Source of the DNA: an uncultured Arcobacteraceae bacterium | GTDB taxonomy: Bacteria > Campylobacterota > Campylobacteria > Campylobacterales > Arcobacteraceae | Direction of reading: 5' to 3' | Assembly (NCBI GenBank): GCA_964022095.1 | Contig: CAXHZO010000009.1 | Span: 16,203-80,202, forward strand | DNA: 64,000 nucleotides | Shown: positions 1 to 10,494 of the stretch, piece by piece | Position numbering within the stretch: position 1 is the first letter of the stretch | Layout of the letters: each line of letters starts with the position of its first letter | Notes under the pieces: generated by a model | The model's input: only the letters and a program-made list of their open reading frames with translations | What the model was told of the DNA's origin: nothing | Database searches by the model: none | Translations under genes and position numbers: made by a program

Positions 1-1088
1 GTAAGACTATTGGAGTTACAAGAGCTCACTTAGAAAATGATGCAGGTAAAAATATCCATGCAGGTTCTGTTTCACATGTTGATTTAAATAGAGCTGGAAC
101 GCCTTTACTTGAAATCGTATCTGAACCAGATATGAGAAACGCAACAGAGGCAATCTTATACCTTAAAAAGCTTCACTCTATTGTAAGATATCTTGGAATT
201 AGTGATGCTAATATGCAAGAAGGTTCATTTAGATGTGATGTAAATGTTTCTATTAGACCAAAAGGTGATGATAAACTTTACACAAGATGTGAAATCAAAA
301 ACATGAACTCTTTTAAATTTATTGAAAGAGCTATCAAATATGAAGTAAGTAGACATATTGAAGCTTGGGAAGATGGTATACATTCAACTGAGATTGTTCA
401 AGAAACAAGACTATTTGATCCAGATTCTGGTGAAACTAGATCTATGAGAGGGAAAGAAGACGCAGCTGATTATAGATACTTCCCAGATCCTGACCTTTTA
501 CCTTTAGTAATCACTGATGAAATGATGGAAAAATATTCACAAATTCCAGAATTACCAGATGAGAAGAAACAAAGATTTGTAAAAGAGTTTGGATTAAAAG
601 AGTATGATGCATCTGTAATTACAGCTTCACTAGAAACTGCGAACTTCTTTGATGAAATGATGAAAGAAGGAATTAGTGGTAAAAATGCTGCTACTTGGTT
701 AACAGTAGAATTACCAGGAAGATTTGCAGAGGGTGTATCAATTGAAAACTCACCTGTAAATACTAAAACTTTAGCAACTGTTGTAAAAAGAATTGAAGAT
801 GGAACAATTTCTGGAAAAGCAGCTAAAGAAGTACTTGATTACTTAATTGAAAATGATGAAGAAGTTGATAGTGTTATTGAAAAGCTTGGATTAAAGCAAG
901 TAAGTGATGATGGTGCTATTTTAGATATCATTGATGGTATTCTTGCAGCTAATGAAGATAAAGTTGCTGAATATAAAGGCGGTAAAGAAAAACTATTTGG
1001 ATTCTTTGTAGGTCAAACTATGAAAGCATCTAAAGGTAGTGCAAACCCAGCTAAAGTAAATGAGCTATTAAAAGAAAGACTTTCATAA
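1..1088 (+). CDS. gatB: Asp-tRNA(Asn)/Glu-tRNA(Gln) amidotransferase subunit B, 5'-truncated by the window edge
   Basis: Frame is open from position 3 ([16 protein letters not shown]). Motifs [26 protein letters not shown] and a C-terminal [13 protein letters not shown] (YqeY-like) domain. Confidence 0.97.
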   Translation, partial: KTIGVTRAHLENDAGKNIHAGSVSHVDLNRAGTPLLEIVSEPDMRNATEAILYLKKLHSIVRYLGISDANMQEGSFRCDVNVSIRPKGDDKLYTRCEIKNMNSFKFIERAIKYEVSRHIEAWEDGIHSTEIVQETRLFDPDSGETRSMRGKEDAADYRYFPDPDLLPLVITDEMMEKYSQIPELPDEKKQRFVKEFGLKEYDASVITASLETANFFDEMMKEGISGKNAATWLTVELPGRFAEGVSIENSPVNTKTLATVVKRIEDGTISGKAAKEVLDYLIENDEEVDSVIEKLGLKQVSDDGAILDIIDGILAANEDKVAEYKGGKEKLFGFFVGQTMKASKGSANPAKVNELLKERLS

Positions 1089-1984
1089 TGAATAAAAACA
1101 CAATCGCAGTTATTGGAGCAGGTAAATGGGGTCAAGCACTTCACTTTGCTCTTAATCAAAAACAAAAATGTCTAATCACTTCAAGAACAAAAAGAGATAT
1201 AGAGAATTTTGTTGATTTAGAAACTGCAATGGATTGTGAGTATTTAGTAATTGCTATTCCAGCACAAGAAATTAGAGCTTGGTTAAACAAAAATTTCAAG
1301 TTTAAAGGTCAAAAAGTACTTGTTGCTTCAAAAGGAATTGAAGCAAGTACTGGTGAGTTTTTAAATGAAATTTATGCTGATTTTGTACCTGAAAAAAACA
1401 TAGGATTTATTTCAGGACCTTCTTTTGCAGCTGAAGTTATTCAAGGTTTACCTTGTGCCTTAGTGATTAATTCTCAATCAAAAAAAATATATAAGCAATT
1501 TAGTCCATTTTTCCCTGATTTTATAAAAACTTACTATAGTTCTGATGTTATTGGAGCTGAAGTTGCAGGAGCATATAAAAATGTTTTAGCAATAGCAAGT
1601 GGAATTTGTGAAGGATTAAACCTAGGTAAAAATGCACAAGCTTCATTAATATCAAGGGGCTTAGTAGAAATGCAAAGATTTGGTAAGTTCTTTGGAGCTA
1701 AAAAATCATCATTTATAGGTCTTAGTGGTGCGGGAGATTTATTTTTAACTGCTAATTCAACTATGAGTAGAAATTTTAGAGTTGGACTAGGACTTGCACA
1801 AAATAAAAGCTTAGAAACTATATTAGAAGAACTAGGGGAAGTAGCAGAAGGTGTTAAAACTGCAATTGCTATAAAATCTTTATCTGAAGAACACTCAATT
1901 TATACACCAATTGCAAATGAAGTTTATGAAGTATTAAACGGAAAAACAACTCAAGAGAGTTTAAAAGATTTATTAAAAGACTAA
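1088..1984 (+). CDS. gpsA: NAD(P)H-dependent glycerol-3-phosphate dehydrogenase
   Basis: GAGKWG Rossmann motif, SKGIE, SGPSFA, GAYKNVLAIA, GLSGAGDLFLT..SRN. Confidence 0.96.
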   Translation: MNKNTIAVIGAGKWGQALHFALNQKQKCLITSRTKRDIENFVDLETAMDCEYLVIAIPAQEIRAWLNKNFKFKGQKVLVASKGIEASTGEFLNEIYADFVPEKNIGFISGPSFAAEVIQGLPCALVINSQSKKIYKQFSPFFPDFIKTYYSSDVIGAEVAGAYKNVLAIASGICEGLNLGKNAQASLISRGLVEMQRFGKFFGAKKSSFIGLSGAGDLFLTANSTMSRNFRVGLGLAQNKSLETILEELGEVAEGVKTAIAIKSLSEEHSIYTPIANEVYEVLNGKTTQESLKDLLKD

Positions 1985-2016
1985 TAAAAATCTAAAAACT
2001 AAGCTAAAATAGTTTT

Positions 2017-2712
2017 ATGAAAACAATACCTTTAATCAACTTACTATATTGTCTTATTCCTTTAGCTATTGTTTGGTTTTATTATAAGAAATGGACCAAT
2101 AACTCAACAGAAATTATCTATGCTACAATTAGAATGGTATTACAACTACTAATCATTGGCTACTTGCTTATTTACATATTTGAACAGAGAAATTCAATAG
2201 TAGAATCATTTATATTACTATTTATGATATGTATTTCAACACTAATTACAATCAGAAATGTAAAAGATAAAAGTTTCAATACCTATCTAATTATTTTTAG
2301 TTCAATTCTTCTATCAGGTCTATTTCACCTTATATTAGCAATTATATTTGTATTAGAAATCGAATTATTTTACAAACCACAGTATGTAATACCAATTGCA
2401 GGTATGATATTTGCAAACTGCATGAATGTGTTATCAATAGGTATAGAAAGATTTGAAAAAGAGCTATCTAGAAATGAAAGTTTTGAAGAAGCAAGAAGTA
2501 TTGCATTTAAAGCAGCATTAATACCCCAAATAAACTCTTTTTTAGCTGTAGGACTTGTATCTTTACCTGGAATGATGACAGGACAAATACTATCTGGTGT
2601 TGATCCATTAATAGCAGTTAGATACCAAATAATGATCATGGCGATTATACTTTCAACAGCAGGGATTACAAATATATTGTACTTCACATTAAAGAAGAAA
2701 TTTAGCTTCTAA
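2017..2712 (+). CDS. UPF0014 / FetB(YbbM)-like ABC transporter permease
   Basis: Hydrophobic protein with RMVLQLLIIGY, IPIAGMI and GLVSLPGMMTGQILSGVDPLIAVRYQI signatures. No ATPase gene is adjacent. Confidence 0.88.
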   Translation: MKTIPLINLLYCLIPLAIVWFYYKKWTNNSTEIIYATIRMVLQLLIIGYLLIYIFEQRNSIVESFILLFMICISTLITIRNVKDKSFNTYLIIFSSILLSGLFHLILAIIFVLEIELFYKPQYVIPIAGMIFANCMNVLSIGIERFEKELSRNESFEEARSIAFKAALIPQINSFLAVGLVSLPGMMTGQILSGVDPLIAVRYQIMIMAIILSTAGITNILYFTLKKKFSF

Positions 2713-2765
2713 TTGAGTTTTTCACAGATTTTAGATAAAGTAAGCAAAAAACCTAAAGGATTATA

Positions 2766-3752
2766 ATGAAAGCATTTCTTGTAGAAAAAAAAGATGATGA
2801 ATTTATCTCAGATGTAAAAGAAGTTATTACACCTAAATGTGAAAATGAAAATGAGATAGTAATAAAAGTAAGTTATTCATCACTTAACTATAAAGATGCT
2901 CTAAGTTCAATAGGTAATCCAGGTGTTACAAAAAAATTTCCTCATATTACAGGAATTGATGTTGCAGGAACAGTTTCTGAATCAACATCAAATATATTTA
3001 AAGTAGGTGAAAGAGTACTAGTTACAGGTTATGACCTAGGAATGAACTGTGATGGTGGCCATGCACAATATGTTAAAGTACCTGCTTCTTGGGTAGCAAG
3101 AATACCTGATGCAATAAGTGAAAAAGATATTATGACATTAGGAACTGCAGGATTGACTGCTGCGTTAAGTGTTAATGAACTAAGAGAAAATGGCATTAAA
3201 TCAGAAACAGGAGAAATTCTTGTTACTGGAGCAACTGGGGGAGTTGGTTCTATTGCAGTATCAATCTTAAGAAAAATGGGATACACAGTTACAGCAATAA
3301 CTGGGAAAAAAGAGAGAATAGATTTTTTAAAAAGAATTGGTGCAAATGAAGTAATTCATAGAGATGAATTTGATATAGAAACAAATAGACCATTAATGAG
3401 CGAAAAATATGCAGGTGTAATTGATACAGTTGGTGGCTCTATATTAGCAACAGCGCTTAAACAAGTAAAATATGATGGTGTAGTTACATGTTGTGGTTTA
3501 ACATCATCTCATGAGCTTAATACAAATGTATTCCCTTTTATTTTAAGAGGTATAAGATTAATTGGTATTGATTCTGTTGAATGCAAGTTAGAAAAAAAAC
3601 AAGCTGCTTGGGAAAAGTTAGCTAGTAAGTGGAGAATTGACAGTTTAAGTAACATAACAACAGAAATCACACTAGATGAAATAAAAGCTACTTATGAAAA
3701 AATACTTTCTGGAAAAATTGTAGGAAGATATGTAGTTAAAATAGATGAATAA
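2766..3752 (+). CDS. YhdH/AcuI-family quinone oxidoreductase (MDR superfamily)
   Basis: YSSLNYKDAL, GTAGLTAAL, VTGATGGVGS, PFILRGIRLIGIDSV. Confidence 0.92.
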   Translation: MKAFLVEKKDDEFISDVKEVITPKCENENEIVIKVSYSSLNYKDALSSIGNPGVTKKFPHITGIDVAGTVSESTSNIFKVGERVLVTGYDLGMNCDGGHAQYVKVPASWVARIPDAISEKDIMTLGTAGLTAALSVNELRENGIKSETGEILVTGATGGVGSIAVSILRKMGYTVTAITGKKERIDFLKRIGANEVIHRDEFDIETNRPLMSEKYAGVIDTVGGSILATALKQVKYDGVVTCCGLTSSHELNTNVFPFILRGIRLIGIDSVECKLEKKQAAWEKLASKWRIDSLSNITTEITLDEIKATYEKILSGKIVGRYVVKIDE

Positions 3753-3770
3753 CTAAGTTATACTTAGTTA
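3750..3770. terminator. Probable bidirectional terminator hairpin
   Basis: TAACTAAGT-TAT-ACTTAGTTA inverted repeat between convergent genes. Confidence 0.55.
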
Positions 3771-4250
3771 TCCAACGTTTACTTCGCCAGTTTCAACTTT
3801 TTGGCTATATATAGTCTCTTTACCAGTTTTTAGAATTTTAGCTTGCTCTACCCATTGATTGTTTTTAGCACAACCTGGTTCTAATAAGAATGATTCAATC
3901 CAATCACAATTTTTACTTGACCAGCTAGCAATTTGATCAAAATGATATATACCAAGTGTGTTTAAATCTGTTTCTATTTTAGCAGTTACACCTTTGATTT
4001 TTTTCAAATTATCTTTACCTGAAGTTTTAGGCGAACTTGTAACTAATGGCTTATTATCTAAGTTAGAATTCTTTTTAAAGATAGGATTAACACCTGATTT
4101 AGATTTTCTATCATTTAAATCTTTTATCTTTTTATCATTTTTAGTAGTTATTTGTTTCAAAGAACCTTTACCTAAAAAGTATCCTAAAGCACCTCCAATA
4201 GCAAATGCTATTAAAAGATTTATAACTATTAATGAAGCAATCTCTAACAT
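3768..4250 (-). CDS. Membrane-anchored protein with C-terminal helix-hairpin-helix (COG3743 / NuoE C-terminal-like) domain
   Basis: N-terminal TM helix; DNLKKIKGV..KIE..LN.LGIYHFDQIASW...WVEQAK motif. Confidence 0.75.
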   Translation of the reverse strand: MLEIASLIVINLLIAFAIGGALGYFLGKGSLKQITTKNDKKIKDLNDRKSKSGVNPIFKKNSNLDNKPLVTSSPKTSGKDNLKKIKGVTAKIETDLNTLGIYHFDQIASWSSKNCDWIESFLLEPGCAKNNQWVEQAKILKTGKETIYSQKVETGEVNVG

Positions 4251-5309
4251 TTATTCTCCTAAAACTTTTATTTCAACTCTTCTATTTATTTCAGATAAAC
4301 CATCTTTATCATCTTCAGCTATAGGAAAATCTTCACCATAACCAATAGCTTTAAGTCTTGATTTATCAATACCTAAATCTACTAATGCATTCATAACACT
4401 ATTTGCTCTATCTTGTGAGATTCTTTTATTTAAAGAAGCTGCACCTCTTGAATCAGTATGTCCACCAATCTCAATATTTAAGCTCTCATTACTTTTTAAA
4501 ATTTCAGCAACTTGTTTTACAGATGAAAATGAATCATTTGTAATTTTAGTACTTCTTCTTTCAAAAGTAATTTTATTTTCTTCTAATACTTTGTTAATAC
4601 TAGACTGAACTTCTTGTGTTTTTTCAGTATTAACTTTTTTAGCAATTTTAACAATATCTTCATTTTTTGCTAGATCTTTTATATTATTAATCTTTTTATC
4701 TTTAATAGTATCTATAATCTCTTCAGTTTTTGATTTATTGTTAAGTGTTAAACTTGAAAGATCAATATCTAAACCAACTCTATTTACAATTGATTTTAAT
4801 AGTTCACTATAACTTGGATCTTTTAATTCACCAGTTAATGTAACTTCATCACCGTTAATAGCTAATTTTGAACCATCTGATAAAAAATCTTTAAATGGAG
4901 TAACTAGTTCAGAAATTTTTTGTAAAAGTTCATTATCTAAAGTTATTGCAGGATTGTATTTATAACTACCTTCTCTGTTAATATTTAAAAGATTTTCTAC
5001 TTCGGCTGCCTGAGCTTCGTCTTTTAAAATACCATTCATAGATACATTTCCATTGTCTTTTACTAACTCTAAATTCATTGGATTAGTATTTTGTTCTACA
5101 ACAGGTTCTTCTTCACCTAAAGTACTAGAAACTTTTTGTTTAATATCATTAAATTTATTCATAATTGAATCAACAAATTCATTTTTTTGTGGTTCAACAA
5201 CATCATTAGAGTTTGAATTACTTAAAATAGTTTTATACTCAAAACTAGTTATAGTATACACTATTAGTGCAACTAATAACAAAAGTAAAATGATTACTTT
5301 TTTTCCCAT
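4251..5309 (-). CDS. OmpA/MotB-family peptidoglycan-binding protein with N-terminal anchor and BON-like middle region
   Basis: C-terminal IEIGGHTDSRG...NKRISQDRANSV...GYGE..P...NRRVEI OmpA_C motif; hydrophobic N-terminus. Confidence 0.88.
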   Translation of the reverse strand: MGKKVIILLLLLVALIVYTITSFEYKTILSNSNSNDVVEPQKNEFVDSIMNKFNDIKQKVSSTLGEEEPVVEQNTNPMNLELVKDNGNVSMNGILKDEAQAAEVENLLNINREGSYKYNPAITLDNELLQKISELVTPFKDFLSDGSKLAINGDEVTLTGELKDPSYSELLKSIVNRVGLDIDLSSLTLNNKSKTEEIIDTIKDKKINNIKDLAKNEDIVKIAKKVNTEKTQEVQSSINKVLEENKITFERRSTKITNDSFSSVKQVAEILKSNESLNIEIGGHTDSRGAASLNKRISQDRANSVMNALVDLGIDKSRLKAIGYGEDFPIAEDDKDGLSEINRRVEIKVLGE

Positions 5310-5451
5310 TTAAATTTCCTTATTGAAATATATAATTTTTGTGATTATATCTAAAATATACAAATTTTCAATTAATTTTACAATATTTATTAGTAAAAGA
5401 TGAATATCTTTTCATAAAATAACTATTCAAAATAGGATGATTCATAAATAA

Positions 5452-5465
5452 TTGATTAGTATCAA
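5452..5465 (+). promoter_or_regulatory. Crp/Fnr-family (Fnr/Dnr/Nss/HcpR-type) binding site upstream of hcp
   Basis: Perfect TTGAT-TAGT-ATCAA palindrome ending 57 nt before the hcp ATG. Confidence 0.8.
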
Positions 5466-5522
5466 TGCTTTTAAGAACTCATAAAAATATAATTCCAATA
5501 AAAAACAAAAAAGGAATTTTTT

Positions 5523-6848
5523 ATGAGTATGTTTTGTTATCAATGTGAGATGAGTCAAAATGGTGGTTGTGGTAGTACTGGTGCAGTAGTTGGAACGTGT
5601 GGAAAAGATGAGAACCTAGCAAGACTACAAGATATAATGATATTTGGATTAAAAGGTCTTAGTGCATATAGAGAGCATTTAAATACTTTTAAGCCAGAAC
5701 TTACAAAAGAAGTTGATGATGTTATGTCTGAGACATTGTACTTCACTCTTACAAATGTAAATTTTAATTTTCAAGATCATATTAATCAACTTATGAAAGT
5801 AGGAAATGCAGGTGTAAAAGTTATGAGTTATTTAGGTGAAGCGCATATGAATAAATTTGGTATTCCAACTCCAGTTAAAGTTACTCAAAACAAAGTTGAG
5901 GGAAAAGCTATTTTAGTTTCTGGACATGACTTAGAGTTCTTTGAGAAACTTCTTATTGCAACACAAGATAAAGGTATCAATATCTATACTCACTCAGAAA
6001 TGCTTCCAGCTCATGGGTATCCTGAATTAAGAAAATTCAAGCATTTAAAAGGAAATGTAGGAAAAGCATGGTTTGACCAAGCAAAACTTATGGAAAAATT
6101 TCCTGGAACTTTTGTGGTAAACACTAACTGTATCGTTCCTCCAAAAAAGAATTGTGATTATATTGATAGAGTATTTACTCACAAAATCGTAGGAATAGAA
6201 GGTTCCACGCCAATTATTGACTATAATTTTGATGAATTAATTGAAAAAACACTATCTTGCCCAGATGCAAATGGAGTTGATTTAAATGAAGATAAATTCT
6301 TAACAACAGGACATAACTACAAAACTGTTTTAACACTAGCCCCATAAATATTAAAGGCATTAGAAGAAGGAAAAATCAAACAATTCTTTGTAGTAGCAGG
6401 TTGTGATGCACCTGGTCGTGGTGGAGAATACTATAGAGAATTAACACAAAATCTTCCAAAAGATACAGTAATCTTAACTTCATCTTGTGGTAAATTTAGA
6501 TTCAATGATATTGATTTTGGTGAAATAGAAGGAACAGGTATTCCTAGATACCTAGACTTAGGACAATGTAATGACTCTTATGGAGCAGTTGAAATTGCAA
6601 AAGCCTTAAGTGATGCACTTGATACTCCAATAAATGACTTACCAGTATCAATTATATTATCATGGATGGAACAAAAAGCAGTAATTATTTTATTAGCTCT
6701 ATTCTCACTTGGAGTTCAAAATATTTATTTAGGACCTAAACCTCCACAATTTGTTAACGAAGATATATTTAATTTCTTGGCTGAAAACTTTAACTTAACA
6801 CTTACAAGTGATGCAAAAACAGATTTAGAAAAACTATTAATCGCATAA
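5523..6848 (+). pseudogene. hcp: Hybrid cluster protein (hydroxylamine/NO reductase), short form, interrupted by an in-frame TAA at 6345-6347
   Basis: MFCYQC..C..CGK, SGHDL, YTHSEMLPAHGYP, TNC before the stop. The same frame continues after the TAA with VAGCD, SCGKFR, DLGQCNDS and SWMEQKA to the stop at 6848 (441 codons in total). Confidence 0.9.
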
Positions 6849-6875
6849 AAAATAGGAAGTTTAACTTCCTATTTT
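6849..6875. terminator. Bidirectional intrinsic terminator
   Basis: AAAATAGGAAGT-TTA-ACTTCCTATTTT between convergent genes. Confidence 0.7.
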
Positions 6876-7120
6876 AATACTTCTATCCAAAAAAATTTAT
6901 TCATATTTGGTTTTAAAACTGTTTTCCAACCAAAAGAAGTAGAATGTAAATATAAAACACCTCCTATATATTTAAAAGATACCTCTTTTTGACTCTCTTC
7001 TCCAAAAACCATAGAGAATACAGCATAGATATATTCTCCATCTTTTTCTAAAGAGTACTTGAAGTTATCAAAATCACTTAATTCTTTATCTAAAAACTCT
7101 TTTATTTCTTTCATAAACAC
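6869..7120 (-). CDS. Small hypothetical protein
   Basis: ~81-83 aa ORF with AAAGG RBS-like sequence and plausible composition; no motif recognised. Confidence 0.65.
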   Translation of the reverse strand: MFMKEIKEFLDKELSDFDNFKYSLEKDGEYIYAVFSMVFGEESQKEVSFKYIGGVLYLHSTSFGWKTVLKPNMNKFFWIEVLK

Positions 7121-7203
7121 CTTTCGATAATTTTTCTTATTTTAAATTTATTATCCTTTTCAATTGCTTTTTTTTGTGATAGAATTTAACAAAAGGAGTA
7201 ACT

Positions 7204-7692
7204 ATGAAAACGATTATTACTATATTTATGTTTTTAAGTACTGTTTTTGCTTCAGAGTTACCTGAAGAATTCGATAGAGAACTTTATAATGCAGGGGAAA
7301 AAGTTTTCGACAACAAATGTATGCAATGCCATGAAAAATCCATGGATATACAACTTCTTATGAGAAACTTCCTTGAAGAGGATAATAAACTACTAAATTT
7401 AAAAGCTCCAACAGGAAATGAGATATCATTTAGACTAAAACAACAAATTGGAAGTCGTGATGACATAGAGTTTCACTTAATCCAAACAAATGATTTTTTA
7501 GTTGATTATCTATTTAACCCAGACAAAGCTAAAACAATATGCCTAGAAGGAGTTATTAGACACTTTGATACTATGCCTAGCCAAAAAGGGAAAGTCACAG
7601 AAGAAGAAATAGAACAAGTAAATCACTTCTTGTATTTTTTAGAGGGATTTAATGGCGTAAATAAATACTATCACGATGAAACAAAGTTTTAA
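7204..7692 (+). CDS. Periplasmic monoheme c-type cytochrome
   Basis: Signal peptide, CMQCH heme motif, distal MPSQKG Met. Confidence 0.85.
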   Translation: MKTIITIFMFLSTVFASELPEEFDRELYNAGEKVFDNKCMQCHEKSMDIQLLMRNFLEEDNKLLNLKAPTGNEISFRLKQQIGSRDDIEFHLIQTNDFLVDYLFNPDKAKTICLEGVIRHFDTMPSQKGKVTEEEIEQVNHFLYFLEGFNGVNKYYHDETKF

Positions 7693-7705
7693 AAGGATTT
7701 TATAA

Positions 7706-8431
7706 ATGAAAAAAACAATATTATCGATTTTAGCAATAGCTACTTTAGGATTTGCAAATAATGTTACATATAAAATAGATGGAAAAGAGTACGAAGGCTA
7801 TTTTAAATCTCCAGCAAAAGATGCACCACTTGTTTATATGGTACATGATTGGGATGGAATAACTGATTATGAAAAGAAAAGAACACAAATGCTAAATGAC
7901 TTAGGTTATGCAGTATTTGCAGTGGATTTATATGGAAAAGGAATAAGACCAACAGCAGTTGCTGATAAAAAAGCTTTAACTAAATCTCTTTATTCAAATA
8001 GAGATGAAATGAGAAAAAGATTAAATGCAGGTTTAGAAGAAGCTAAGAAATTAGGAGCAAATACTTCAAATGCATTAGGTATTGGTTACTGTTTTGGTGG
8101 TAGTTCTATTTTAGAGTTTGCTAGAAGTGGGGCTGATTTAAAAGCATTTATTCCATTTCATGGAAACTTACTAACTCCTAATGGACAAGATTATAAAAAT
8201 ACAAAAGGTAAAGTTGTAGTGTTCCATGGAACTGCTGATAAAGTTGTACCATTTAATGAGTTTGCATCACTTGCAGTTGAACTAGAAAATACTGGTTTAG
8301 AGCATGAAATGATTACTTATAGTGGTGCACAACATGCATTTACAGTAATTGGTGGTGGAAAATATAATGAAACTGCTGATAAAAAATCTTGGCAAAGATT
8401 TACTGAGGTTTTAGAAGAGACTTTAAAATAA
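7706..8431 (+). CDS. Exported dienelactone hydrolase-family alpha/beta hydrolase
   Basis: Signal peptide; HDWDG, GYCFGG nucleophile, HGTAD, HAFT. Confidence 0.9.
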   Translation: MKKTILSILAIATLGFANNVTYKIDGKEYEGYFKSPAKDAPLVYMVHDWDGITDYEKKRTQMLNDLGYAVFAVDLYGKGIRPTAVADKKALTKSLYSNRDEMRKRLNAGLEEAKKLGANTSNALGIGYCFGGSSILEFARSGADLKAFIPFHGNLLTPNGQDYKNTKGKVVVFHGTADKVVPFNEFASLAVELENTGLEHEMITYSGAQHAFTVIGGGKYNETADKKSWQRFTEVLEETLK

Positions 8432-8453
8432 AAGTGAGTTAATACTCACTTTT
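8431..8453. terminator. Bidirectional terminator hairpin
   Basis: AAAAGTGAGT-TAAT-ACTCACTTTT. Confidence 0.65.
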
Positions 8454-8454
8454 A

Positions 8455-9666
8455 CTACTTTTGAGGAATAGGGTAGTGTTCAATTACGAAATCAATATCC
8501 TTATCACCTCTACCACTTAGGTTTACAAGTATAGTTTCATTTGGTTTTTCTTTTGCTAATTTCATAGCATATGCAACACCATGAGCTGACTCAAGTGCTG
8601 GAATAATACCTTCTAATTGAGATAACTTATAAAATGCATCAACAGCTTCAATATCATTTACAAGACCTATTTTTGTTCTTCCAACAGAGTGTAAATAAGC
8701 ATGTTCTGGCCCAACAGATGGATAATCAATCCCACTTCCAATACTATATACAGGTGCAGGTTCACCTTTTTCATCTTTTAACATGATAGAGTTAAATCCA
8801 TGCATAACACCCTCTTCACCATAAGAAATAGAAGCAGAGTGTTCACCAAGCTTTTCACCACGACCAAGTGGTTCAACACCATATAAATTTACATCATCAT
8901 CAATAAATCCTGCAAAAATACCCATAGCATTACTTCCACCACCTACACAAGCAGCTACATTTTGAGGAAGCTTTCCTGTCATCTCTAAGAACTGCTCTCT
9001 TGCTTCTATTCCCATAATTGATTGAAAATCTCTTACCATTTTAGGAAATGGATGAGGACCTACAACAGAACCAATACAATAAATAGTATTTATAGGATCT
9101 TTTAAGTAACTTTCAAAGGCGCTATCAACAGCTTCTTTTAATGTTTTTAATCCATGAGTAGCTGGAATTACTGTAGCACCTAGTATTTTCATTCTAACAA
9201 CATTTGGATGCTCTTTTGCAATATCAACTTCACCCATGTGAATTTCACACTCTAAACCAAAATAAGCAGCTGCAGTTGCAAGTGCAACACCATGTTGACC
9301 TGCACCTGTTTCTGCAATTAGTTTTTTCTTTCCTAAATGTTTAGCTAATAAGGCTTCTGCCATACAGTGATTTAATTTATGAGCACCAGTATGATTTAAA
9401 TCTTCTCTTTTTAAATAAATCTCAGCCCCTACATGATTACTAAGATTTTTACAATAGTAAACTGGTGTTGGTCTACCTTGATAGTGTTTTCTGATTTTGT
9501 TTAATTCGTGTAAAAACTCATGTGAGTTTGATAGTTTTTTATATGCTTCGTTTATCTCTTCAAAAGGTTTTTCAAGTTGTGGTGGTATAAATGAACCTCC
9601 AAACTTTCCAAAATAACCTTTCTCATCAGGCATTGATTCTAAATAAGGTTTTTTATTTACTTCCAT
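8455..9666 (-). CDS. trpB: Tryptophan synthase beta subunit (stand-alone copy); likely start is the ATG at 9666
   Basis: [15 protein letters not shown] lysine, [43 protein letters not shown] before the ATG at 9666. Confidence 0.95.
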   Translation of the reverse strand: MEVNKKPYLESMPDEKGYFGKFGGSFIPPQLEKPFEEINEAYKKLSNSHEFLHELNKIRKHYQGRPTPVYYCKNLSNHVGAEIYLKREDLNHTGAHKLNHCMAEALLAKHLGKKKLIAETGAGQHGVALATAAAYFGLECEIHMGEVDIAKEHPNVVRMKILGATVIPATHGLKTLKEAVDSAFESYLKDPINTIYCIGSVVGPHPFPKMVRDFQSIMGIEAREQFLEMTGKLPQNVAACVGGGSNAMGIFAGFIDDDVNLYGVEPLGRGEKLGEHSASISYGEEGVMHGFNSIMLKDEKGEPAPVYSIGSGIDYPSVGPEHAYLHSVGRTKIGLVNDIEAVDAFYKLSQLEGIIPALESAHGVAYAMKLAKEKPNETILVNLSGRGDKDIDFVIEHYPIPQK

Positions 9667-9718
9667 ACTACTAATCCTTGTCAAAATAATATAGTATAGA
9701 TTATATCTATAAAAAAGT

Positions 9719-10192
9719 TTATTTTATATCAATAACATCTCTTTTTACTTTAATAAATGAAGTAGTATAATAAATCTCTCTAAGAAATAGTAAAAGTGAA
9801 GTAACCAAACAAACCATTGATAATATAAATAATACTGAAATTACTAAATGTGCATCAAAATCCAGTAAAGCACTAGCAAAAATACTTAAAATCACCATTG
9901 CAATCATAAATCCAGTTGCTGTACAAAAGAATATTGCTCTGTTTGTATTTTGCATACGCATCACTAAAAACCTTCTTCTTTTTAGTATCGCATCAGTTGG
10001 TTTATATGACTCCAATTTACTCTCTTGAGATGTAATATAATTATCTATTCTCTCAAGCTTATCTATAATCCTTGATAATCTTCCTGTAAAGACATTTAAA
10101 AGCCCTGCAACACCTGCTATTAAAAATACTGGTGCTACTGATACTTGAATAAGAGATGTTATACTAGAGATAGTATTTGTATCTGTTATCAT
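9719..10192 (-). CDS. DUF2721-like membrane protein
   Basis: [32 protein letters not shown]-terminus, three TM segments, C-terminal FLREI. Confidence 0.8.
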   Translation of the reverse strand: MITDTNTISSITSLIQVSVAPVFLIAGVAGLLNVFTGRLSRIIDKLERIDNYITSQESKLESYKPTDAILKRRRFLVMRMQNTNRAIFFCTATGFMIAMVILSIFASALLDFDAHLVISVLFILSMVCLVTSLLLFLREIYYTTSFIKVKRDVIDIK

Positions 10193-10314
10193 TTTTTGTC
10201 TATTGTTTTTTGAGTGTTTTGTTGCTCAACTGCAGCATCATATTTATCAAATAGAAGTGAAAACATATATCCCATTGATACTACTATTAAACCTATTATT
10301 AAAATGTTTCTCAT
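10189..10314 (-). CDS. 41-aa single-TM small protein (not in ORF track)
   Basis: Manual translation [48 protein letters not shown]; its TGA overlaps the ATG of the DUF2721 gene (ATGA). Confidence 0.65.
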   Translation of the reverse strand: MRNILIIGLIVVSMGYMFSLLFDKYDAAVEQQNTQKTIDKK

Positions 10315-10364
10315 GTTTTTCCTATATTTTTTTAATTAATGAAAATTATATCAAAAAGAGTTTA

Positions 10365-10485
10365 TATAATTGTTATTTTCTGATAGTTCAAGGCTAGAGT
10401 GGAAATTTTTGTAGGAGCTTACTGCTAGTAAGTGAGTATGAAAATTTCTGCGATAACGCAGAAATTTCAAAAAAGAACGGTTATA
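10365..10485. repeat. MITE/REP-like structured intergenic element (~121 bp)
   Basis: 19-bp imperfect terminal inverted repeats with TATA ends (15/19 identical). Internal hairpins CTTACT-GCT-AGTAAG and AAATTTCTGCG-ATAA-CGCAGAAATTT. Confidence 0.6.
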
Positions 10486-10494
10486 GAAACTTTT

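Noticed and set aside
6345-6347. Selenocysteine/pyrrolysine recoding in hcp
   Set aside because: The codon is TAA, not TGA or TAG, and the position is not a Cys ligand.
10203-10397. Plus-strand 64-aa ORF
   Set aside because: No RBS; antisense to a better-supported 41-aa ORF and runs into the repeat element.
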